From positions 2,108,001 through 2,172,000 of the forward strand of contig CDRNST010000180.1 in the NCBI GenBank assembly GCA_977016875.1: a DNA stretch of 64,000 bases. The letters are read 5' to 3'. The position numbers and the translations under genes are program-made. The notes under the pieces were generated by a model. The model saw nothing but the letters and a program-made list of their open reading frames with translations. It searched no databases and was not told where the DNA came from. Below, one piece after another: positions 38,329 to 49,595 of the stretch. Each line of letters starts with the position of its first letter. Position 1 is the stretch's first letter. This DNA is from Pavona decussata. Taxonomy: Eukaryota.

Positions 38329-39089
38329 GGCTCAAATCCAAGTACATGATGGACCTTGGCCAAGTGACGCATGGCGAGGGGCTGCCACGCCATTGTCGTT
38401 GTGCTATGAATGCCAAGCGACACGGTGACTAGTGACAACTGTGCCTTCGTTTCAAAGAGGACTGGGAAAACAGTCAGATTGACTAGACAGAGACAACATG
38501 ACAGCCTAAATGAAAAGAAATGATGACGACCTAATAAAAACTTTCATTTTGCATTAACTGACATTTTCATAACTGAAATGACTAAAGTCTCCCGGTGCAT
38601 ATCATTTGCTTGAATGATCTTGATGCTTGTGTGCGTTCGTGCTTCAATGCGATCAATGTATACTTTGAACCGAAGGTAACTCAATATAAGCCCACAAAAA
38701 AAGGTATTTATCTTCTTTAAACACTTTTACAGCCACACTTTGCCTTTGAAGCCGTTAATATGCTATTTCCTCTTGCTTGGCCCGATCGTTTTGTTCTTTT
38801 GTACAGTTGTTTTTTGGGTGAGATTTTTATCAGATGGCCACATCAACTTGAAATGAAATCCAATTAACCAATATACAGACGTTTTTATCTTGCTAGCATT
38901 GTGAGCTAGAAAATTGCGTCTCCTTCAGTTTAGCATTAGTAACTAACACACTCATTTCAGTCGTAATATGATATAGTAGAAGATATTATAACTTTTCAAA
39001 ATGTTACACATTCTTGATACACCATGTTCATGTTGACTATACACATGTAGTTCTTGTTACATTGATCTGAAACTGTTTCACTTTAAGCA

Positions 39090-39505
39090 TTAAAGCGATA
39101 AATAGTTAGGAAAGTATTGAGGTGTAGGACGTTGAACAAAAATGTCTAGGTTTTGTTGATAAGTTGGGGCGCTGTGAAGAATAGGGCGGTGGAAACCTTG
39201 ATGAAAACTTGGGTTAAAATGACCGCCATTGGATTCGTTCAGTCCTTGCTTGCGATTGGACTCTTTGAGATCTCTCTTCCACTTCATCCGTCGATTTTGA
39301 AACCATATCTTAATCTGTGTTTCTGTAAGATCCAAGTTTGATGCTATTTCAATTCGTCGTGTTTTTGTCAAATATTTGCTAAAATGAAACTCCTTCTCCA
39401 ATTCAACTAGTTGTCGCTGGGTAAATGTGAACCTCTTCTTGTTGTTTAGAATGTTTTCTGGTTTTTTCGCCGCGGTTGTTTCCTCTTTTTCTGATCCAGT
39501 AGACA
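39090..39505 (-). CDS. Anthox6: Anthox6/HoxA copy 3, exon 2 (homeobox)
   Basis: Intact homeodomain with R28K. CAGCAG acceptor (exon start 39508 or 39505). The joined CDS is 256-257 aa. Confidence 0.92.
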
Positions 39506-42042
39506 CTGCTGACGTGAAGATAATGAAAAACGGTTAAAAGACAAAACTAGCTCTTTTGAAAAGCTATGCATTATTTAAACCATATTTTAAGGTTAATACG
39601 ATTTGATCGAGATGGCGTCCATTTTGAAATCATTGATGCATCAAACTAAACCACATAGTTAACTAATATTTGTGAAACGTTCAATTATAATTTACTTCAC
39701 CTAAAGCTCGTTCGGCTAATCACGAATACCCTTTATATCGAATGGTGTAAGCAACGATTTTAATGTGTTTTATTTTTCGTCTTTTCTTTTAACTACTGTG
39801 CAAGGAAAGACAAGAAATTATAGCCACGCCAGGGGATGATATTTTGCATTCAGTAAGCCGCAATGTTTAAAGATGAATGTAAACTGTTTCGGATGTGGTC
39901 GATAAGAGTAAAGATAACCTCTTCTCTGACCATTCATCACAAGCGATAAAGATCTTTGAAAACTAAGCGATTTCTCAAAGCCATGTTGAATGTACTTGAA
40001 GAAGAGAATATGGGAAGTCCAACCGAGCTCTTTCTTATTTGATGCCACGTTTAATTTAACAATGATGGGCTACCGAATCCATTCTGGAGTCGGAAAAGTA
40101 TTCTGTATATATCTCTACAATTTTTCATTTGATCTTAGTATTGGAATTATAGTTGAGTCGCTTTCTGTAGCTAGTTGTGGTCAACAACTGTGCGTAGATT
40201 GAACGCTTCGAAGATTACCTTGGCTTCTTTGTTTTTCTGTGTTATTCCTGTCTGTGACACAAAGAACGCTTAGGGAGCTCTACTTTTGATGATTGAAACT
40301 TTTTTCCACTTTGTCCTTTTAAAATCAGATCAACTCATACCGAATTTATTTACACTGTTGCAAATTTTTTTGTTACATCCCTCTATGAATATTTACTCTC
40401 GTGGTTAGAGCGGATTAGCTTAAATTCTGAGTAGTAAAAGAACTTGTATAGTCTCGTCGATCGTGTTCTATCAGCATTTCAAGATTTTAGAAAGACAGTT
40501 TTCGATTCTATCATATTAAACTGGGTTTGAAGTTGCATTCATGAAAAACTTTTTTGTCCTAACGTACGTTAAATACTTGCCAGCGTTTATCACTTTTGCT
40601 CCCGGAGCAAAGCTCGGGCCGAGCTTGACAAGGCCGAACTCATTTGTTGCTTTATAACTTAGGTACGTTGTAAATTTTAAGACTTTATAATCAATTAGAA
40701 CCTTCTGAACTTCCCTGGAAAATAGTATAGCATTCAGTAAAATTCCCTAGTCATTCAAGAAGCAAATTTTCTTTCATCATCGTTCAGGTTTTGAAAGAGA
40801 TCTGTGTAAAAGAACAGACCACCAATGCGAATTGTTGATGGCAAATAAAGACGAAGTTAAATCGAAATTTACTCTCTTGAATAACGCCATAGCGTCCGGG
40901 ACGTTCAAACCGAGATCGCAAAATTAACAGCGTCGTCACCTTGAGCAAACCAGGCTAATTTCACGAGTTTAATGAGTACATTGCATTGAAATCAATGAAA
41001 ATGATTTTCACAAGTGTCAGAAAAATGTCAGCCGCACAAACGAAAATAAATTACCAATTTACAGATTTTAATCGAAAAATTCGGTAAAGTAGTTCCTGTT
41101 CTTCGGCAAGTGAATATTTAAATAAACAAGCTTACTAGCAGAGGTGATGAACAAACTAAAGAGAAGATGATGAATTTTTTTGCGGCGGTTATCTTTGGTG
41201 TTGAGTTTGGCTCACTTGAGCGATAAGATTATAAGTGATGTTAACTTGTGATCTTGACAATCGATTAGCGGTAACCACATTAGAATCTGATTAACAAAAG
41301 GTACTGTGGAATAAAGCTCACAGTTTATTTTGATTTATGGATTTAGCTTTCGAAATAAGATCATAAAATACCGCACTTACTGACCTTCACGCTAAGAGAA
41401 TTCAATTCATTCTAGCGAGCAACTCTTGTTTTCCCACAACGCCGGGAAACTAAAAATGCCACGCTTATTTGAAAATATAACTATCTAGTTTTCTTTAATA
41501 GAAGGTGGTTTACTTCAACGCTTTTTAACTCATCGTGTTCATGTCCGTTTCAATAGAAATACAACAGTTATTGCCGGGAAATAACTGACTTGATGCTCAA
41601 TAGTCCATGCAGTGTTGAGGCGGTATCCATTTTCAAGCTGACTAAAAGAAATGGTTAGTCTCTAGTAAACGAGCAGGTGAAACTGTTAAAAATGTCCGAA
41701 CTTGAAAACATAAAGATTTATCGCAGTCTTTTGCCGCTTCCGAAGAACTGGCTATCGTTGTTTGAAACTATTCGTTTGTTTTAAAATATTCGGTAATGGT
41801 TCAACAAAGATATCCTAAAGATTTTATCCTGCTGTCGCAAGTAACGAAGCGTTTAACGTCTAAGAACTACAGGAAAAATCGCACACTCGAACTAATAAAA
41901 AAACATAGAAACTATTCTGTAATAATATAAAAAATGTTATCAGGATTGTAAACTAGATTGATAGCTTGGGTAATAGGATTGTACCTGACATTAGATATAG
42001 TTATATTCAAGTAATTTCAGTTCAGTCAACCGACTTTAATAC

Positions 42043-42397
42043 CTTTTCTTTTAGTGAACATCCACCGATAGTTTGCGGTCTGCCAGCGTTTTTTCTCCGC
42101 ATTCTGAGCTCTCACACTTTCATTTGAACGGGGCTGCGATTGTGAAGAAGAAAACGGAGGAGATGATGGTGAAATTGGGAGCTCTCGGCTTGCCACTGGT
42201 ATCGGTGAAGCACCTAACGGAGCAGAGAAAGGAAGAAAGCTTTGACGCGGCGAGGAGAGATTCATGTTCGGATGTCGAGCGCTGTTTGGAGGATGTCGTA
42301 GAGGCATCGTCCGTCCAAAATCTAGGCCATGGTAGTGTGGTGGAACGGCTGCTGTCAGGTGTGGACTTGGCATCCTATAGCACCAATCGTCCATCAT
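42043..42397 (-). CDS. Anthox6: Anthox6/HoxA copy 3, exon 1
   Basis: MMDDW ATG at 42397, NYRWM motif, phase-1 donor AAAG|GTATTA. Confidence 0.88.
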
Positions 42398-42465
42398 TTT
42401 GTTAGAGTCTAACCGTACTGGCTTCCAACTGCTGTTGCTAACTGACCAAGCGCAAAACTGACGAA

Positions 42466-42514
42466 CAGTGGAAACGAACGGCGATGAGGGTGACCTATAA
42501 ACCCGGGGCGGGTT
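42466..42514 (-). promoter_or_regulatory. Core promoter of Anthox6 copy 3
   Basis: CCCGCCCC-GGG-TTTATAGG on the minus strand, homologous to copies 1 and 2. Confidence 0.5.
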
Positions 42515-43465
42515 CTGTGGCTGGTAGTCAATGTATCGATGAATAGGAGCGACTCGAATCAACGTAGACGTTATGTTATTGTACGAAAGCACGGTGCACT
42601 CTGATGGTAAAGCGAAGATCAGTATTCCTTTGCGCTTGGCGAAGAGAGGAAGAAAATCTCCTAGGGTTTCAATTAGAGACGTCGTTTTCTATTTGTCGAG
42701 GAAGTGTCTGAGTGAATCTGTGAGGGTCACGCTGGGGTTTCCAAAGATACAATGCGACACACGCTCCAATCAAAAATAATTAAAATTAAATCGTATTAAC
42801 TCAACCAGCGAACACTGAACAATAGCTCGGACTCAATCGTGTCTCTTTTCCTCCAGATGGAAGGACAAAACGTTCCCACATATTTTTAATACTTGCCTCG
42901 GGCAAATGGAATCCATTATTGAGACCTCATGTCTTATTTCAAGAGAGTCATCATTTGTCTTCTGTGGCGAAGAGCTGTGTTTCTGTTCGAAGAATAACTA
43001 TAACAACAATTCAAGTTTCGACTTTTGTAACCTTAATTCTGTGTTGTCTTGTGACCCGTACAAGTAGTGATGAGTATCTTTTCGTTATCTAAGCTGCGAG
43101 TGAAGACAGAAGACCGCCTAGAAACAACGAGCCATTTTTTCCAAGAAAAGGAGAAAACAATGTCGGATATCACTTGTTTGGTATAAGGCTACAGCGGGAA
43201 TTCTTTTATAATCATCAGCCACCAGTTCAATATAAACAAACAAACAAACAAAAAAGAGACTATTTCGGTGTCGGTTCATTTCAGGGTCAATTTGGGGACC
43301 ATATCGCGGCTGGGGATCATTTCGGGGGCCGTACTAACCTTACAAGTCTGTTGGGCTAAAACGTGCGCGGGCCCTGGGGACGAGATTGTGGCTGCCACTG
43401 CCTGGTGATATGGCTGTGCGCATGCGTAAGTGACTGTTGATAACGCGGAGCCGTATAGTGTGACC

Positions 43466-43760
43466 AATTAACAAATCGACGGCAGTTTTCTATGGTCTAT
43501 ACTCTTATAGGCGAGTGGTTTCACTGCCAAGTTTTGGACATTTTATGGCGTCATTTTATGGTCTATAAGAGTATAGACCATAGAAAACTGCCGTCGATTT
43601 GTTTTTTACAATAACATGAAAAAAAATACGAGCGGAATTGGCTATTTTTTCGTTGAGAAAGCGCACGCGTTACATCTGACGTCAATTTCTTTGTCTGTAC
43701 TCTTATAGACAATAGCTACAAGCCAATCAGCGCGCGGGAATTTGGACAGTTATTGTAAAA
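43466..43760. mobile_element. Non-autonomous double-inverted-repeat element specific to copy 3
   Basis: A 40-bp perfect inverted repeat (ACAAATCGACGGCAGTTTTCTATGGTCTATACTCTTATAG) is followed by a second pair, TTTTACAATAAC / GTTATTGTAAAA. The empty site is at ~36146 in copy 2. Confidence 0.8.
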
Positions 43761-44378
43761 TGCATCTTAAATAGTTTATTTAAAGAACCCTAGAATGAGA
43801 GTGTGAACGATCCACCTCGATACGTAAATCATTCAGATTGTATTAAATCCAAGATTGGTTTGCTCCTAAATGAAAAGAAAATTATAATTTCCTTGGCAAA
43901 ATCCGCGCTTGGATGGACTAAAAGATGGCGACCTATCAGAGGATACTCCGCGTACGTTTTGGTAGGGGTGTGTGCCATCCGATTCTCCAAACTCTGAGCC
44001 TATTTTAGAACAAAACTTGTCATTTTTCCACGCTCGTTTCAGATCTGGGCCAGGTTGCACAAAGCATTTTAAGATGAGTGGGAGTTGTCTGCAGTCGTTC
44101 CTTGTCTTACAAAGGATGTTCCCGTGTTCTTTTTGTGTTCTCTATCGTCAGTAAATCAGGTTTTGCCCATTGATCCAATATAGCGTCCGGCAAAATCCCC
44201 CCGAGCACAGAGAGCAGTTGCAGAAACTCCCACTTATCTAAAGATGATTTATACAACTCGGCCTAGCTAGTATCTAAGATTCATGTTCATTTTTTATCAC
44301 GTCCAGTAAATCTTTTGTTTTGTCTCTTTCGTCGCTTTCTCCCTTTTTCGTTTGAAGATAAAGAAGACAAATATGTGT

Positions 44379-44500
44379 TATATACCATAATTAATAATTA
44401 TTCTAGGTGTATACAGGGCCCCTCAGGATAACAGCCCCGTAGCTGATTGGGCCACCCTGTCTAAATAAATTTCACTTACTTACTTACTTACTTACTTACT
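44379..44500 (+). mobile_element. Short 3' end of a non-LTR retroelement with (CTTA)n tail
   Basis: Insertion absent from copy 2 (~36960); AATAAA followed by a (CTTA)n tail. Confidence 0.6.
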
Positions 44501-45087
44501 ATAGGCTCCTTGATGAAATAGCTCGTTTGATTGACATGTACATGTAAGCACGGAACTGGACAAAATTCCCTTTTAGCCCGAGCGAAAACTTTCTGCACGT
44601 CATTGCAAACTACTATTTAAAATAGTTTATTCGCGAGTGGAGACGGATATGTTGAGATTTCAGTCCCTGAAACCGGCTAAAAATTACAGTTGGCCCGACA
44701 ATTCAGCACCTTGGCTGAAATCCTGTATGTAATCGCCCCCTTAGAAATGGATTGGATGACACATGATTTGCCTCCTCAGTGAAAGCGTCTAAGAATTGAA
44801 ATATTAGAATCGAAACGGTTGTCACTGAGAACTAAACCATGATGGAGAAACCCGCTGTCTGTTCAGTGGAAACAAAACACCGAAAACGTTCGAAATATAT
44901 CCACTTACTGGACTCTTATACAAGCGTTTAAAGCCAAAAATTAAAAAATTAAGGCGTTAAAATTGAAGAGAAGTTGGTGAAAAAACGGTAAGGAAAAGAA
45001 AAAAGATGATTGAAGTGAACAAATAAGGTTTGAAATAAATGCAAAAATCAGTGTTTTTCTCCTCACTGCGACCACGCTTTGAAAAAG

Positions 45088-45204
45088 AGCCTGCGCAATG
45101 GGAGGGGCCCGTCGCGCGTCATTCGCGCTCCACGTTCGCCTGAAAAACGCCCCCCCCCCCCCCCCCAAAAAAAAAAAAAAAAAAAAAACCTGTTCTGCAG
45201 GCTA
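45088..45204. mobile_element. Short MITE-like element with C/A homopolymer runs
   Basis: Ends AGCCTGC ... GCAGGCT; GC-rich interior. Confidence 0.5.
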
Positions 45205-45890
45205 AAATTTCGCTTGCCATCTTTCAAGTATTTTCAATCTTCCAGGATTGACAGCGTTGGGCAATCTCCTTTGCGGATATTCTCTCCATTTCTTCTTGAG
45301 TAATGCCGTGAGTCTTCCCTGGATTGTAGTTCCAGTTTTTGTTGGTACCTTTCATGGATTGAAGATAACTGGCCTTCGATCTCTTCTTATTGGCCTCTGG
45401 CAATAAAACATTCCTCAAGGCTTTCTGCAGTTCTATCTTTTTGTCAGAAAGATGTTTAACGTTCTCTGTGATCTTTAGGTGGACAATGTCCTTGGCAGTT
45501 AGTTTAGCATTTCTACGTTCCTCGATCACACATTTCACTCTGTTTATTGAAGCATTCCAACTCTGAGCTTTATACCCACATCAGGTTAAGTTAAACAATG
45601 CTGATAACTTGAGGGCTATGTATTGACTTGGGCTTACAAAATTATGATTGGCTCACTGAGAAGCCACTAAGAGTGACTTAAAATTATAATAATTGCACCG
45701 ATAATTGCATTTCATTTCCAAATTGAAATTAATTTAAAAGTGTAAAGCACAAACGAACGTTCTAACTGCCACTATTACTATTTTGTTATTATTACTACCA
45801 TCACTATATTATTAAGTTATAATTACATATTAACAACAATATGGATTACAGGATTACATTTATCGTGTACTTGGTACACCACACCTGACA

Positions 45891-46010
45891 CGGGGGAGTC
45901 TAAAACGCAGGTCACAGTTCACAGGTACAGGTCACAGGTAGCAGGTTAGGGTTGTACCTGTAACGTGTTACCTGTTACCTGTACCTGTGACCTGATGGTT
46001 AGACCCGCCG
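45891..46010. mobile_element. MITE with 9-bp target duplication (Mutator-like)
   Basis: Imperfect TIRs with ACAGGT subrepeats; flanked by CACCTGACA / TACCTGACA. Confidence 0.75.
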
Positions 46011-47143
46011 TACCTGACATCATGCGAGGCAATAGTCCACTTACCACTTATCCAGTCCATTCTGAATCAAACGTACCCAAAAGGTCTTGGACAAATTCCA
46101 AGAAAAGTACACTCTCTTCATTAAACTGCATCACCTCTGTAATTTTCTACAGTAGAAATAAAGAAATTAATAAGAGATCAAAACCTAAAAAGAGGTTAAA
46201 ATCTCTATTGGTTACATTCACCAGTCCAGATTCAGGGTGAAACAGATCCTCTCCAAACGTTAACTGTGACTTTTGATGTTGTAATGTGACGTATTCCCGG
46301 CCACGTGTTTACACCAAGTCAGCATAAATGTCAAATGCCAAGTCTAATGGCAGATATCCTTTCCATCGTCCGGTTGCAGTATATTGTAAGGCTGTCTAAA
46401 ACTGCCACAAGACCCTTCAATAAAATATTACTATTACCGGAAAGTTTTGCTCTGTTCTGACTGTTGACGACTGCAAAGACTTGTACAAAACCTCCCTCTG
46501 CTTTGCTCTCTCAATAAAACCGATATCTAAGACAACTGGAGAGAGACCATGCGATAAACCAGCAATAACATCAAATTCTTTTTCTTTCCCATCACGAGCC
46601 GACTCCGCCATTTTGCTTTTCACCGCAGGCTAGGTCCGCAGGCTACCCATGCATCATCCAGTCTCCTCTCTTCTAATACGAACGCCTGCAACATTTTTTG
46701 CTGTGAGCCATTGCAGTTTTGGCACGTTAATCAGGCGATCTTCGATCGTTTGCCTTTAGAAAATGGAAATTGATAATCATGGCCATAAAAGAAAGCAATA
46801 TCTGGTAAAAGACTGTTACTGTGAAGAGTATGAGATGCCAGGCAAACCTGTGGGCAGCTATATAAACTGTTTACTGAGCTCTGGATGTCCACCCGCCAAA
46901 CAGAAACGCGCAGAAACGAGATGACAGTGGTTCTTCCACAACGCCAGTTTCACCAGTCCACGATAAATTCATTGGAGATCAACGCTTGCTAACCTCTTAA
47001 ACCGCTGAGCCTCAGTAAAAGTGGAAAGACAAGAAGTATGGATATGTGCCAGATGAGAAAGATGTCTGTTTGGGAGCGAGCTGTTGCCAAGATTTTTTGA
47101 CAGCCACTAAGAAGGGTAAGTGAAAAACCAACTTTAATGAAAT

Positions 47144-47237
47144 TATTGTAGAGAGGGATCCCTCTCTACAATATCCAGATCGATACTATCAATTTGTGGA
47201 ACTCCGGAGTTCCACAAATTGATAGTATCAATCTGGA
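47144..47237. repeat. Two abutting spacer-less palindromes (30 bp perfect; 64 bp with one mismatch)
   Basis: TATTGTAGAGAGGGA|TCCCTCTCTACAATA, immediately followed by TCCAGATCGATACTATCAATTTGTGGAACTCC|GGAGTTCCACAAATTGATAGTATCAATCTGGA. Confidence 0.95.
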
Positions 47238-48167
47238 CACCCTAGCTTTTTTTACCTCATTAACTGACAAAGCTTGCATGAGAGACCTGCTCAGCTGCGA
47301 TTGTTTTGTTGGAGAAGCTGCAGAGTCGGTTCAGGAATTCTTAGGATGAACAGAAATACAGAAAGCCCTACTAAAAATACGAGTCATTGTTGACTCTTTC
47401 ATGTTACTCTCATAACCATTTTTAAAATTACATTGCTAACTGCATCCAGGCAGTACCTGGAATGGAATTGGCTAATTCTCAACACAACTGTACACTGCAG
47501 GTGCCAGTGAACAACATTTAAAAAATTTTAAGGTCTCAACAACAAAAACAACAAAAATTTATATGTACCAGTTTGTGTATCTCCTGTTAGATAGGATGTC
47601 CAATGCCTGAAACTGAAGGTCATGCGAGGTGGGTGCAGCTTTGGTCGCTTGCCTTGACCTGATTGATTAAATATCAATTAATAATAATTAATATTATTGA
47701 TAATTTTTAAAATGGTCTTCTGTTGACTTTGAAAATGTTATTAACAACAATCATAAAACTTTCTTTGTAGACTTCTTCATCAATAATAAATGTCATTAGT
47801 CTTCATCAAATGAATTTTTTTTTTTTTTAATTTATCTTATGGTCTTCAAGACGACCACAAGATTCTGTGAAGATTTACTGCCACATTGGCATATTCCTGT
47901 GGTTCTTTCCATGAGCATGAATACAATTTTTACTTTTTTTAGTCATATTTAATTAGTTATATACTTTTAATTTTATGAGAAAAATATGGTAAACAGTTTA
48001 CATAAATTGTTTAATAGGTTTGCAATAAATTTTGATATTAATGAGTTACTAGTGGCTATTTAAAAATCAATTTGAGTGATTATTAACATCGTTTGGTGAC
48101 TTCTCTGTCCTAACTCAAATCATTTCAGTTTGTAGTAATTCTCATTCAGAAGAGCACTCCTATTAGT

Positions 48168-48239
48168 ATATATATAGTACAGCGATTAGGATTCCTGGTT
48201 TTCACCCAGGTGGCCCGGGCTTGACTCCCAGTATGGGAA
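48168..48239 (+). pseudogene. tRNA-Glu(TTC) pseudogene, near full length
   Basis: AGCGATTAGGATTCCTGGTTTTCACCCAGGTGGCCCGGGCTTGACTCCCAGTATGGGAA. The anticodon arm is intact, but the T-loop (TTCGA>CTTGA) and the 5' acceptor strand are damaged. Confidence 0.8.
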
Positions 48240-48574
48240 ATAAACTAAATTTCTTTTTCACCCTACAGTTTGGCTTCATTTTTAGTGAAACCAAGCATGC
48301 AAACAAACAAGCAAACAAACTAAAACAATTCAGTTTGTAACAGTAGTTGACCTGCACCTTCAAAAGCTCTATTTTCATTGGACCTGCAGCTGAATTGCTT
48401 TTTAGGGTTGGGAGCATTGTTCTGTTGTTTGTTCTTTTGTCCTATTGACCAACCGTGTGAGACATTGGAAACAGTGAAGGTTGCCCCTGTAACAATGCTA
48501 TGGCTTCTAGTCAGTTCACCATGGTTACCAGGGTAGTAGGCGTTGTAGTAATAATAATAATAACAATAATAATT

Positions 48575-49595
48575 TGCTTGTTTTAGTATTTAAAAATCCA
48601 GTGAAACACGAGTTGAAAACCAGATGTGTTTTCAACAATTTTGAAACATGTGGAAAATATTTCTAAATTTGCAGTTTCATTAACCAACACAACAACAACG
48701 TTAATAAAATAGCTTTTACTATTAACGATTCTTGCAGACAATAAATTCCAGAAATAACAAAACAATATCTATCCAAACTACTATTTCAATCGATATCTTA
48801 AACAATTAACTAGAAAGAAAAACTGTACCTTGTGTCTGTTGATTCCAAAGGATTCAATTCTTGGTCGCCGAGGTCCTTTTCACTCAGGTAACGACGTAAG
48901 GCGCACACAATCTGATAGAGCGTCTTTGGAGGATATCTCTCCCGGCTTGGGCGGCCTTGTCACTTCTTGAACAAATTTTGTCATCCAGTAGTTTAGGCTT
49001 AAAGCATCCATCTCAACTAAAGGCACATCCAAGGTCAGGACTTTGTGAAGATCGTAATCATTGCCGGAACAAGCCACCTGGTTCCAATGTTGGCACTTTT
49101 CACGTCCGCACTCCTTGCCATTCCAAAACAATGGAAGGAGTCCATTTGTTTTTGTAGAGGGTCGATTTTGGTACGACCCTTTCTATACAAAGCTTTTCTT
49201 CTTGGTTTGTCTTTGCTGGTCTGAATCTATTACTCATGACGAAGGAGAGTACTAAGCAAAGTGAGCGCTTCAATCAAATGACCACGAAGCGGGAGTTATC
49301 AATAATGAATACACTCGGTTGCGAAAACCTGACAAGTGGGTGTCAGAAGCCGTGACAAAGCCAACAATTGGATAATCTAGCAAGTAGGTGACATAATGGA
49401 ATTCCAATACAACAAATATAGCAACAAAGAACTCTCTGAATGGGCACCGCTGATTACACAGAAAATTTTATAATTGTATTCGCTAGAGAAGTACTCGAGA
49501 AAAAAACACTCGAAAACAGATAAAAGCACTCGGCCGTTCGTTTTCTCGTGTTTGGAAAGCCAATGAAACGCGCCCTCGTTTTCAAATAGTACTCG
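48575..49595 (-). mobile_element. Degenerate Crypton-like (ZMYM/DUF3504-type tyrosine recombinase) element
   Basis: Frameshifted minus-strand peptides at ~49205-48830 (VPKSTLYKNKW..VLEW, EMDALSLNYWMTKFVQEV, ERYPPKTLYQIVCALRRYL) resemble the N-terminal region of Crypton/ZMYM-type proteins. The element ends are approximate. Confidence 0.7.

Larger units (their letters stand above)
37093..44597. repeat. Tandem duplication unit 3 (Anthox6 copy 3)
   Basis: Collinear with 27253-37098; ends at TCTGCA 44592-44597. Confidence 0.9.

Noticed and set aside
39840-39945. Possible C/D box snoRNA in the intron (GTGATGA...CTGA on the minus strand in copy 3)
   Set aside because: The boxes are not conserved in copies 1 and 2.
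42398-42592. 65-aa N-terminal extension of the copy 3 ORF
   Set aside because: Runs through the TATA/GC-box promoter, starts at GTG and is not seen in copies 1 and 2.
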